Positions 31,501 through 45,800 of a stretch of DNA of 64,000 nt are shown here, in pieces. The stretch is from Chrysomallon squamiferum (Eukaryota; Animalia; Mollusca), in contig CM022665.1 in NCBI GenBank assembly GCA_012295275.1, positions 15,562,001 to 15,626,000 on the forward strand, read 5' to 3'. The position numbers were made by a program, and so were the translations under genes. The notes below the pieces were generated by a model that was not told the origin of the DNA, made no database searches, and worked only from the letters and a program-made list of their open reading frames with translations. Positions within the stretch are counted from its first letter, which is position 1. Every line of letters begins with the position of its first letter.

Positions 31501-33819
31501 AAAATCAAACATTTTTAACAAGAAACAATTTCAAAATAGCGTAACTCAAACATTTTAAATACATTTTGATTTTCTGGTTGTAATCTAGAACCACCAACAA
31601 ATGACAACATTAACACAGTGAAAAATTAAAATAATGAAAATAAAAACCTAATGGTATACAAGTAGCAAACAGAAAAACAGTTTTATCAAATAACAGTGGT
31701 AAACATGTTAGAAGATTACAAAATATGCTATATTAGCACTTAATCAAAATATTGGAAACAAAATTAAACTATTAGCCATTACAAGTATTATATACAAAAC
31801 AATAAATAAAAATAATAATTTCTAAAACCTATTTTCAATCCTGTATCCAATTTCTGTTATGACATTATTCTTTTCATTTTCAGCAAAAATGTTTTAAAAT
31901 AGAATGCTAAAAAGAAAATATTTTGCTTCATTTTTCTGACATTTTTAAAGTGTGTAAAAAAAAAAAGCATCACAATTTTGAGTGTGAGTTCAGTTGCTGT
32001 TTATAAAACATTCGTTTGATACTCTGTAAGCTCAAAATTAAAAAAAAAATATTAAATAAAAGAATTATACATTTAAAATCTGTTCAAAATGTATTTGTAT
32101 AGAAATTTTTTTATTATTTATTTTTACATAACTGTTCTGATTAGAAAGGTGTTATGTTAACATTTTACAAATATTTTTAAATAAGCATTATCTTTCAAGT
32201 GTTTACAGCAGTTTCTCTATTTTAATAAAATATATGTATTTGAAGTATTCTGCCTTGCTCACACTGACGACTGTATCCAAAAGGATGAAAACCCTTTTTT
32301 ATAAATTTTGTTTTTGCTTTTTGTGTGATTTTAATTGTCCTATATTGTTTTGCAAATACACATTTTTTAAAACCACTTAATTGTGACCAGATTAACATTC
32401 AAAAGTACATTTTTTTTTAAATCTTTAATACAGCTTTTCTATCATTAAAACAGATTAAAATATTTATAAAATTACTTTTTTTTAAATATTTTCTGAAATC
32501 ACTAAAAATGATTACATTATAAATAAAATGAAATATTTACCCTACACTTTTGGATTGTAATTTTAATTATTAAATTCTGTTTATCACTGTCATTCTACTT
32601 CTAAGTGTTTTTATTGTTTTCACTGATCATCATTAAGCATCCATATTTAATAAATTAATGCCTAAATAATATAAAATAATAATAATAATAATAATAATTT
32701 GTCAATTTGGCAATTAATCTCCTAACAATGCAGAATTCAGGAATATTCAGAAAAGAATATATATACATATATATATATTATTCACTAAAATTATTAACAA
32801 GCATTACTAAGCTTAAAAAAATAATAATAAAAAACAAAGAAGTTTAGTACAAATTCTTAAACATTATGTTAGCATGAACAACAAGACAAAAAGAACTGTT
32901 TTTTGTTTTTTTTTTAAAACAAAACAATGTGAACTGGCTAAAGTTTTTAAAAAACAAACCAAACGAAATCAGCAGTGCAGCTGTCTCAGTTGGCTGAACA
33001 CGGGAAGAATAAAGTGAGGTAAATCTAAAAAGAAGGAACAGGGAAACGGGAAAAAAAAAAAAAAAAAACCCAGATAACTGAAAAACCATACATAGCACCA
33101 GTGGGCAAAGGTCTATAGAAATGGACTATTTTAACTGTAACATTTTAACTGTAAATTCCACCAGCACATTGGAGGGCTAAGAGGTGATCCAACCACAAAA
33201 AATATGAATATCTTCATTGTTTACTGTTTTAAATCATTTGGAATATAATTCCAACAGAAATTGTACTGATCCAAAAAACCAATACAATGAAATTAGACAT
33301 TATTCAGCGCCCAAGCAAAAGAAAATGAAATATATTAATTCTTTAATTCCAGCATTTATCATTTAAGTTGATGATGTGTTGATGCAGAGTCGAAGAAAGA
33401 TCCCAAATTTTACATACCATACATAAAAGTTTTAAGGTATTTTATTGGATTTTTCAAATTATTTGTCATTCAAACGTTAGTTTTAATATAAAAAAAAAAA
33501 ACAGGGATACATCAAATGCAAGGTATACAAATAAGGAAATTTATTGATGTCTGAAATATGTAACATGAATCTTGATTTTAATAATATAAAACTGAAATAT
33601 AATTTTATGTATTTTAGCTTCTTACCTTAAAAAATAAAGGTAGTCTATTTCATTTTATTCAATTATGCACTGAAAAAGGTCTATTTAGTGCAAGTCTAAG
33701 AAAAATTATAATGAACAGTAAACAATGAAATATTTGAATTGATTGTGTGGTATCAGCTGGTCTGGGAAGAAGGCGAGTACAACTACTGCATGTCTCGTCC
33801 TGTTGTCATGGTGTCACTT

Positions 33820-36800
33820 TTACATGGACGATGTCTTCGGGGTGTAATCCGTGGCATTCGGGTTGAGGTCAGAATTCATTGTGACATCATCCTTGCAGAA
33901 TTTTGATGAAAACAATGGCGAGGATGTTCTGTCCGAGTTGAGGGACTGGTATGAGTTTGTACTGGGAATCAGCGCCATCACTTCAGCTATCTTCGACTTC
34001 AACTCCTTTATTTCATTGTCTCTTTCTTGAATGGAGTCTGAAATAGAAATTTAACAATTTAGTGTCAGAGGATATTTTGTATAAATAATAACATGAAACT
34101 GCTGACAAAATAAAAAAGTAAAGTATTTTAAAGGGATGAAATCAAAGAAATACAAAAAACAAGTTATAAAAAAATAAAAAAAATAGAATGAAAAGAAAAA
34201 TAAAGCATAGCATTTTGCATAGCATTTTATACAAGGATAATATGTAAAAAATTAAGAATATAGTATCGGAAATACAGCATCTTCCACACACAATTTTGAA
34301 TGTTCATATGCTCCATTACATTTAAAATTTTATACTTTATAATTTTTATTTTTATTTTATGTCTAACTGTATCGACATAATTCAGTATATTTTAATGACA
34401 ATGACTTGATAAAACATCTATTGAAATGGCATGTAAAGATTTATAGCCACCTAAAGTAATTCAAATTATCTGCTTGGATAGTATGATTAACTTAGTCACC
34501 AGAGCCTTCATTATATATTACAAACTGGTTACATTATGATCACACTTTTAGTTTCAGAAATGAACTATGTTCAAAACAAAAGTTTACTCTGGAGTATTTT
34601 GATCTGACGTCTCTCTTCTCCTAGTGCAGAAAAAAGGTCTTGCTTGAAGTGAGTCTCAGCAGTAAGACTATTTTCCAGCTCTGTGTTTTTGTCTTGCATG
34701 GCTCCCAGGGCAGCCATTAGGACCTCCGATTCTTTCTGGGCATCTTTATATTGTCTCAGAGCCTAAAAATTATAATCAGATTAAATAAAGACAAAAACAC
34801 AAAAATATGAAGGATAAAAAATATCTAAGCACAAAGTACCGTGACTAAAGGGTAACCAACAAACCTAATAAAAATAAGTTAATAATTAATGATGTTAAAA
34901 AATAAAGGTTACTGAATTTTACAATAAAGTAACTATCACAAATACAAATGTACTTATTAGTGAAATTATTTTTTTGAAAACTGGAGGATTTAAAATAGTG
35001 TTTGAAATACTTATTAAAAATCAAACTATTGTCTTTAGAGGTGATGAGATTTATGCTTTTCCCATTAATCTAGCTAATTGTCTTTCTATTACCATACATT
35101 TGTTTATCCAGAAACACTAATTTTTGCCCTTCATGGTTTGAATACTTGCCTGCACTTCTCTCTCCAACATTCTAAACTGATCTTCTCGCATCTTCAAATC
35201 ACGTCTCAGTTGCTTTATATCATTTTCACTATCCTTTCTTCTCATCTTACAGCTTTCTGAGCATTCCAGTCTAAACATTAAAGTATTTTTTCTTTTAAAT
35301 ACTGAACCACCTCCAAACTTAAAATTCCACTCTTTTTGTTTTGTTTGTTTGGGGGTTTTTTTTGGGGGTGGGGGTTTAAAACCGTATTATCTATAATAAA
35401 GTTCCTCCATTTACAAGAAATAAACAAAAAAAGAAAACAAAAGAAAAATTGAAACTGTTTCACCTAACAATAAAGTAACAGAAGATCGTATTAGTATAAA
35501 GGTTTTTCTGAATCAAGAATATCCTGATATTGGTCTAACATTATTTTTATTATTATTTTTCTAATGTCATTGCTTTTTTTTTTTTTAAACCATGTCAATG
35601 TACAAAAACAAATATTATTAATTTGTATCCCTGCTGTGGAAAATTATTACCTGGAAGCAGTTGCCATAGCAACAGCCCGAGCTGCAGCAGCTTCCTCTGC
35701 TTTTTTAGCCTTTCTCTCAGCTGCCAGTTGTGTCTCAATGGAAGTTTTTAATTTTCGTTCCTCAACAATTTTCTTTTCAAGCATGGATATATTTTGCTTA
35801 TCCTGCTGCCTACTAGTAACCAGATTGTGCAACCTGGAGAAAAAAAAATACAAAAAATACACAGACCTCTTTACTGGTGTACAGCAACCATTTTGTCTTT
35901 ATTTTAAACTGTACTGGAACCCATTAATACTTTTAATTGTATAAATATACAGCATCTGATGATATCAACAGAAAGAGTCGAACATAAATGTAAATTCAGC
36001 AACTGCAACAATATCAATCATGGCATATTATGAGGTCATTATCAAACATGAGGATGTTCCCTAAAATACGCTTATATCAAAATATATTTTAAAAAAAAGA
36101 AAAAAAAAGGAAAAAAAAAAGGATACAACAATAATAAATATTCTATACTTTTGTGTTTTTAGAACAGAAGAAAAAATACTGTAGATGTTTTTATTGTGCA
36201 GGTTTTTTTTTGGGGGGGGGTAAAATTCAGCGACACTCACTTGTTTTGAAGGTTTTCATTATCTTGCTGCAGCTGATACAGCTCCGACCTCATAGACTTG
36301 TCAGCTATGTTCAGACTATTAATTTGAGATCGTAATTCCTGTTCACAGTTCCGACTAGCTTGCAGGTCTGCTTTCAACTTTTTAATATCTGTTTCTAACC
36401 TGTAAAATAAATAGCTATTTTACAGTTTTATTCATTTTAAATATAAAGTTTTTCAACAGTTAATTTGAAAATGTAAAACAAAAGTTCCTTAAAGATTGCC
36501 TATCACTGTACTCATACATATTCTGCTGTCTTAATATTTGTTATTATCAAAATAAATTATAAATAATTTTTTTTTTTTTTAAATTATAAAAAATAATAAT
36601 AATAAATTATCTCCTCCAAAACACATTTTATTGTTCAAAAATTGTATTTCAAGAAGCCCCATGAAATCTTCCAAATTTTTAATTTTTTTTTTATAATAAT
36701 CACATCTTTAAAAATTCAGAAACTAAACATCTTTTAAAAGTTCTTAAAATAAACCCACCATTACAAATCTACAACATAAAGCATATTGTTAAAATGTTCT

Positions 36801-39800
36801 GAAAAAACAAAACAACCTCCCAAAAAAATACAACCATCTTTCAAAAGCACACTGAAATCAAACCCACGTTTAAATAATTCTAAACATACCTTGAGATTGT
36901 TTCGTCTTTATTGTTGCTGAACGTGGATGGAGGAGCCTCTTTCATATAGTTCTTGGCTTTTTTGGTACTATTTTCTTTACTGCTGTTTATTCTGTTGCCT
37001 GATGAAGACTTAGTTGATGAGACTGAATTTGTTTTGAAATTTTTTGTCTGCTGCTCACTAGTAAAACTATCTGCACTTTCATCAAACTGATTAACATTAG
37101 TCTTCTTAGGCAAAGACTTTTCTATAAACTCAATTTCATCATCTTCATTAATATCTGTTGTGTTTTTTGATGACTTCTTGCTGTCTCTGTCATCATCAAC
37201 TTTTACCAGTTTCTTTCCTGCCACACCATTCGAGATTCCATCCTCTTCTGGCTTAGGTGGTAAGGCTAGAACAAAGATGAATTTTTAAAAAATAAGTTAA
37301 AAAAAATAATAAATAAAAAAATAATAATATTAAAAAAAAATAATAAATAAAAAACTCATCCATATAATTACATTATAAAAATGTATTATAATTGGATATA
37401 CAAAATTTACACATCACCCATCAACTGTAATGTCCCACAGCAAGTTTTATCTAAGCTAACATGACTATGACAGTTCCCTCACTACTGGTATTAATGCTCT
37501 TGCTGTTATAACAGATGATTTCTTCTCAGATCATTATAACAGTACATAAAAACATATCTGACATTTAGTAATAGTTAATACAAATCTTTCTTTTAAAAAG
37601 AAAGCTACATTTTTCCTATTATTCCCACAGTTAAAATTTGTTTCAAACTGTCCATGGTACAGTTTCTGTGACATTTAATAACCTTTTTGTGTTTCTTTTT
37701 TACTTTTTTATTTTTTCTTCCTTTGGATGGAGTTAAAGTGTTTTTTATTTTCTTCCATTTTTTTTCCTTTCAAGGAGAATGCCCATTTGTTTGCATCAAT
37801 TAAACAGGACTTAACATCTTTTTTTTTCCGAGACATTTATTTCTTTACCTTTCTGTTTGTCAGCATATTGCACCTCATTTGGTAATGCCTGATGTAACAA
37901 CTGCATGTAGAAATCATTTTCTTTCTGAACTACTTTCTGTCTTCGCTGTAAACAAAACTGAATTTTACTCAACTGAACCTTTAGAGAACAAAGATTTACA
38001 ACAAAAAAGAACACAAAAAGTTTTAGTTTTAAAAAATATTTTAGTTGGAAGTAAAAACTATAGATCTTCAGCACAAGTGATGCAACAATAAAGCAAAATA
38101 GGTATGCAATTTAAACCATATCAAATACATTTTTTTTTTAAATTAAGTATTTTAAATATTTTACATTTAAATGCTATAAATTTATAACTGAATAAGCCTT
38201 GTGTAAAATAACACTATTAAAAATTATAAAAAAAAATTATGTTCACTGGTACATAAATGTTAAAGTTTCAAATAAAATAACAAGCACCTGATAATGAAAA
38301 GTAATAAATACTTACCAGTCTCATTCTGTAGGATATGTAGCTTTTAAAACCAAAACCCAAAGTTACTACAGGATAACCAATACTGCAAAACATGAAAATA
38401 CATCCTTTATAAAATGTTATAATTAATTTTTACAAAACATCAACCAAAGAATTTATCATTTCTTTCATCCATGACCAACTAATCATACAACTTAATTGTA
38501 ATATAGTAGTTGCCCTTTAGACATTTAGTTGTCTTAATAAATGACTGCAAAATCTTGACAGAAAATAATGTTCTGTAGTGATATCCAGTTTTCTAGTCCA
38601 TATCAGTAAATTCACTTTTAAAAAGTTTTCTGACCACCAAAACTCTGGCCAAAATACTCTGTTCAGTTTAGAATCACTCTACAGCAAACCACTTTATAGG
38701 GAACAGCAATGTGGTCCTGTTGTGATAACTATAAAGAAAGTTAAACTGTTAAAACATTGACAGTTTAAAAAAAAAATATATATATATATTTAAAACTTAA
38801 GCTACATTTCAGTTAAGATATTTAACTGGAATTTTCAACCAGATTATTATTTTCATTTTTTGTTTCTTTATCTATTTAAAAATAATCTAAAATTACAAAA
38901 TAGTTAATACTTATTACAATTATGAATATTATCAGAATAATACTACACTTTAACTGGAACTCACCAGTGAGCAGCAAAAGGCCTACAAAGGTCTAAATTG
39001 AAAGGAAGGCTTTTCAGTTCCCTCAGTCTCACAGAGGCTTCTATATAAACAAATAGTAACCACAGAGAAACAGTGGGCAGACATATACCTCTTTCTGAAA
39101 AAAACATTAAAAAATAATAATATGTATGTACATGTATGTGTGCTATATAAAAAAAGAAATTCGTATCTGTAAAAAAATTATTTTGAAGTAAATAACAAAA
39201 TAATAGATATTAAATCATTTATACTTTTAAACTCAAATAATCACTTAAAAAATTATGTTAACATAAAAAAAAAAATTAAAATTAAATAATCCACTACAGA
39301 TGTTTCTATACTATTAAAACACACGAACATGCATGCACACACAACATACACAAAAAAAAATCCTAACACATTTTTTAACTGAAAACAGTTTTGGCAGTAA
39401 TTAAAACTGAAACTTCAAATTGGACAAATGATTTTACACAATAGAAAGCGTGACAATATTTTTTTGAAGTAGTTTTTAATTAACGTACCAGTATGCCAAA
39501 CGTATTGAACCCAAACGTAAGTACTGGCTGCAAAAAACAACCACTGGACAGGTATAAAGAGATAGCAGATGACATCAGATGTGACAGCAATGCAGACGAA
39601 AAATACAGAAAATGCCTGCAAAAGAACAAATATAATAAAAATAATTTTTTGTTTTTTCTTATTTTATCCCCTTATTTTAAAACATTACATAGAAATTTAT
39701 TACTTTTACTAAGTGAATAAAATGGTAATTTACTTTTATGGGGTTTTTTGGCTAAAATAATAAAAATGTTTGAAAAAATGGGGAAGGCTAGAAATCACTA

Positions 39801-42800
39801 AGATGCTGTAGTATAACTAAAATTCTGCCTAACTGGAGGACCTTTAATGTAATTACTGTAATAAAATTAAACAAATTAAAAATATAACATTTACATTCAC
39901 GTTGATTTTCTTTCTTTTTTTTTGAATACAAAAGAAAAATAAATATAAACCAAATTTAAAATTTACATAAATAATTAACCAAAAAAACATATTTCAGATA
40001 TTTGATTCCATGTAACAAGAAAATAGTGTCATGTATATATAATCAGTACAGGTAAATAGCTGCAGCTACAGAGCATCTTCCTGAGTTAAAATGAAAAATT
40101 GTTTTAAATGCACCTTTAGCCACATTTTTAAATAAACTAATTTGGACATATCCACAGAACCATTTTCAGTCCTAATCAGTACTCAGTAATACCTTATAGA
40201 CATATATAAACAACCATGGGTGTGGGAAAGTGCATATGAAAGATTCCTTGCAATTAAATAATCAAGATGTTAATGCAGAATTACAGTATGACATACCAGT
40301 CCTTGATACTTGAATGAATCATAAACGCTTCTCATCAACAGCCAAAATGGCCAGAGGTACTCAAAACGAAACTCCAATATGAAGTCTGCCATTAGCACCA
40401 AGGCCCATACCAGAAGAAACTTCAAGTACAAAAAAGTGCTGAAAAAGAAAATATTTGAATGTAATATATATTTTTTGTTCTTTCTTTACAAAATCAACAA
40501 AATATATATGTACAAAAAATACAGAACTTGTGTTATTTTTGCAGCAATGTATTTAAAAAATATATTCAAAGAAAAAAGAACACCAAAATATATTTTTGCT
40601 ACTTATGAAGAAAACAATGAAACAGTTAGTATTATAATTCAATAAAGAAACATAATTTTATACACATACCAGTATAACAACAACAACAACAACAACAATC
40701 ATATTTTATTTTAAAATAGTTTGAAGGTGAAATTGATAGTAATAAAAATGTTATTTGACCATTTCAATCTTCTTTACCAGTACCTAAACAGGTTTGATAT
40801 ATTTTTATGTGCCTTGTATTTCCTTTTACTTTATTTATTTTTATTTAAAAATTTATTTTATTTTTTATTTGTAATGATTTTTATTTTATTGCTGAATAAT
40901 TCACTTTAATTTCTTTTGCCATAAGGGTATATTAATAAAAATAATTATTATCTTTTATATAATCTTGTCCCTTTAGGCCATCACCTGAAATTTTTTAGCG
41001 TAACATTCTATAATGTAGCTACTGATAATTTTGCATTTTTATTTTAAAGCTGAAAGAAAACAACATAAAATTTTTAATAAAACCACAAATGGTTAAAACA
41101 TAAAATTCACATTCATCAGTTTCTTAGAACATTAAGTAAATGTTTTCATGAAGTTGAATGGAAACAGCTAAATAGTTGATAACCCATATGTATATTTATC
41201 ACTCATTCCCAGTGCTTTAAAAGTAGGACAATGAAAAATAGTAACAGCAAATAGCAGTGATATACTGACAGGACTTGCTGGATAAAAAAAATATAATAAA
41301 AATAGGCCAGACTGTCTAGCTGGAAATGAAAATCTGACTTGTACGCATATTTCTTTTTTAACTAACAGCTTGGTACATTAGGTGCTTGTAACATTTTGAA
41401 TTCACCTTAATTTAATATCAGAATATCAGTTCGATCATATATTTATTATATATCGATTACTTACTGCAACTAACTGATCAGAATAGTCACTTTCAAATAT
41501 TACAAAGCTCAGTATCTGAAACTAATTCATACTTTCCCAAAAGAAATTTAATTCGTAATAATGAAGTGAAGAAGAAAAAAAATTATTTGTTATTTCCTGG
41601 CTTGGTTAGTATAGGTTACAACTCCTTGAACTATAATAAAGATCTAAGTAAGAAACATGTTACATGCTGTTATACAATGCCTCAGGTAACATATTTGCCT
41701 AACTTCACATAAAGGAAAATGAACAGTTAAGAAGAATTCTAACTAGATATAAATAAACATGTACACCAACCATTGAGTAACAGCATATTTAAAATATAAT
41801 ATTGCAAAACATGAAAATAAATAAATAAATAAATCTGTAACCTTTCTATTATATATTGGGTACAATAATCATTTGAATACTTCCACATATGACCCATTAT
41901 AAAAAGGTAAACTCAGAAGTGTGACTCAGGTTTTTGATAAAAAAATAAAAAAAATATCACATAAATATAAAATTTTACTATCAGGGTCACCAGTTAAGTG
42001 TTGTTTATGGATAATGTACCAAAAAGGTAATTCTTTAAAATTATTCTATTCATACTTTTTAAAATCAGCATCATATGTTTTGGAGGTTACTGATGTCATC
42101 AATCTAATTTTAGATTCAATGTTTGATATACGAGTGTGTGTGTGTGTGTGTGTGTATGTCTACATATATCTAACTATCTGTGTATACACAATTTTGGTGG
42201 TCATTGTATTTTTTTTTTTTTTTTAATGAATTTTTGACTGTATTTGTGAGTAAATAGTAATGTCGTCATTTAATATCCTAAATAATCTTTTTTTCTTTTT
42301 GCTTGATACATAATATTCCGAAAACTCAATAAAAACAAAATTAGAAGATAAAGGATTAATTAAACTATTTTAGGATCCTAAACATTATGTTAAACAAGTA
42401 CCAGCAGTGTTGCGCCCAATGCTTAAAATAATTACTTTTATTTAATATAAATTGAATTTTAAAACTTGGCTTATTTTTTCTTTTAAGTGTTGATTAATTC
42501 CGTCACAGAAAATATCAATAATGGTCAAATGATAGGTACAAATCACAGCAAAGAAAGCTAACAAAACTTACAATTCTGCTTCCAATATCACTTATCACAA
42601 ATGTGCCTTTAATTGCCTTTAGTCTTGTGATTATACAGATTTCTTACTGTCCCTAATTAGTAGCTGCAACACCTTTCTGGAGTAGGCTCTAAGGATTACA
42701 TGAGTTTGTACATTGCAGAAGATTATTGTTAAACATCTAATGCTTCTAGTCCTTTTAAGTAACATGTATACATACCAAAGTATTTTTTTTTTAATGTGCT

Positions 42801-45800
42801 ACCACTAATTATTTAAAATACTCAAGAATGAGAAAATGCTACCATAAATTTATGTCTGTAACTTAAAAAATAACTGAGTAATGGCAATTTTATGTTACAA
42901 ACATTTTAAATTTTTAGCCTGTTGTCTCAAGCTTTACTGAAACAAATACTGTGTGATTGAAAGTCATTAAATTGTTATACCTCCCTTAAACAGCAAGGTA
43001 ACTAAGAAATAGTTTAGGATATCACGTTCAATACATGATGTTATGATGGAGAAATAGGTCTATAAAGTCATTAAATAGGTTTTTATTAATATGGTTTTTG
43101 CTTACTAAAGTGACATATGAGCAAGTTATTTTCTGGATGTTAAAATGTCTTACCATTCAAATTGTATAGTACCATATGGACATTTCTTCCTGTTGGTTAT
43201 TTAAAATATGTGATCCAGATTGCATTTCAGAAATAAATGTTAATTGATAGAAGCAGTTCAATCAACATGAAGAAATGACCAAGATGGAAAAAAAATTCTT
43301 TAAACATGACACTTTTGCCACCAAAACCTTTTTATTCATATAGTATTGTAAACAGATCATTTCTGATAATAATGCCAAAAGGTTGTTTTGTTTCTGATGC
43401 CAGTAGGTAATTTAAAAATAATGCATATACAATGATGGCAAATTATGTCTGCACAATATTTTTTGTTGACATAAGGTATCTTTTTTTTTTAACCCAAAGA
43501 AATATATCTTTAATATATTAAACAAGTAGCATATTAATAATTATAATCATATTTTGTTGTTTTTTCCAGCTTAACTTCGGATGTTTTTTGTGACATTTAG
43601 TTCAACCACACACACACACCCAAATCAACAATGGTTTTTTTGTTTGTTTAAAGGTATCTTTATTTTAGGACCAGTTAAGCAAGCAGTACACTCCAAAAAC
43701 CAGTCAATTTATGATTTAAGAGTAAACACACCAACATATCCCTATCCCACCTTCTATTAATTACAAAAGTATTCACTTATTATTAAATAATACTTGCATA
43801 ACTATTTATTATATTGTGCAAGAGGAGAATGGAATGCTACAAATGAAATAAACTACTTATAAAGAGTAACAGCTTGTATATTTTCCAACTCAGGGTAATA
43901 TCTATCTTTGTTGTAAATATACATCAGATTTTCTGAAATTCGATACAAAACAAAGATAGCAAATTAACAGGAGTCTGTATCAAGATGATCTTGCACATAT
44001 AAATCAATATTGTATATAATATATGTACATACCAAGCGACCCACACTTATACCAAGTTAAATGTATAAAACAACTTCATGGTCACAACACATTTTTCAGG
44101 TTTTTGTTTTCTTCAAGTTAAACCTTCATTTTTACCCCTTCCTTTGTTTATTTTTTAAAAAACAAAAAAAAGGAAAGAAATGCAAATGTATCAATAACTA
44201 CACCATCACAAAAACAAAAAACTTCAGGAAGTGTGAATAGTAACAAATATTCAAAAAAGAATATATGTTTAACTTAAAAGTAGTAATATAAAATGGAGTT
44301 GTGGTCTTAATCTCAAGGTGCATCAAGATATTCTGAAGAAGCAAAAGGTAGAAAGTATCAAGCCACAAAAATGTTATTTATTAATTTAAAAAAATTAAAT
44401 TCAGTCATCTAAGCGCAATACTGTTAGGCCACATTTTGAATGGTACCTCTTTTACAATATTCATGGTCTATTTTATTTTTGCTTTCAGCTACAATGAGCA
44501 ATAAATGCCACTTGTTATGTATCATATGAAACTTATATTTTTTAAATAGTCTTCTCGAGATAAACACCAACATCCCTATGATTGCATTACACAGTTGGAG
44601 CATCTTTCTGCTGAAGATTGTGTCTTGGTAGTTTGTGAAAACAAAGCAGTGACCAGAAACACATTTGCATCATGACTTCCATGACAGCAGTGTAAAATCA
44701 ATATGGACAGCAGAACTGTTGTAAAGACAGTATGTTTCTCTGATGAGGGTTTAACAACAAATCAGAACTAATGACTTGGCCTGCAAAAGCCTGTGCAAAC
44801 CTCCAGTCTACAAGAACTAGTTATCACACTGGAATATACTCTGCCCCAAGCAAATTAAGTATCTTCAGCTTAACAAAAATGTGTGCAGCAAAAAAGAGAT
44901 ATACAGAACAGAAAATATTCTTTGTTCAGAAATGAAAAATAAATAACACTAATGAAGAGAGAAATATTAGTAATCTTTTAGCCAGAAAAGGAGGGAAAAA
45001 ATCTTGTTCAGAAATAAAAGTGATATAAAAAGAGATTTTTTTAAAGTCTTTCTATTACCATTTAAATTTTCTCTTAGAAATCAAATTATCTGTATTTCCC
45101 AATTTTGACAAATGCTATTAATATTATTATTATTTAGGTGTTAAGTCAAACATTTCATTCATTCTCCAAAATAAATAAATAAGTAAATGTGAAAGCAGAA
45201 TATTAATAAAAAAATTACTTAACAGAACATGTTGTTTATTCCACATTTATTTTTTCTCTAAATTTAACATGACGGCAGAGGTTTTCTTGGTTTCGTTTTT
45301 AAATCAGTTGTGTTACTTGATAATGAGTATTAACTATTAATTTATTAAAAAGGAAATAGTCTATAGTTATAATTTATAATACTAATTAATCACATTTATA
45401 AATAAACAAATTTAAATGAACATATTTAATGCAAGCTTTTCCAATACAGTTACATATGTTTGCATTATTTTGCACCAAGTAAACCATAGAGTCAATAGGC
45501 TACGTAAGTATGCAATTTACACTATGATAAAGACAGATGTGTCTTAGAAGAAATTTTAAGGAGAGTATGTACCTACACAGCAATATCATGATTTTAAATA
45601 ATTATCAAATAAGAATGGGAGGGGGTTTGTTTTATATAAAGTTTCAAAATAACTGGTTTATAAATCATATGTTCCAATTGTATCCAGTTTAAATTTTTTT
45701 CAACAAGCAAGATAAACAAATGCTTGTGCACAGGGTGAAAGGAATTAAAATTTAAAAAAATTAAACATACATGACTGGATGTTAAACATTTAAGAATCAA

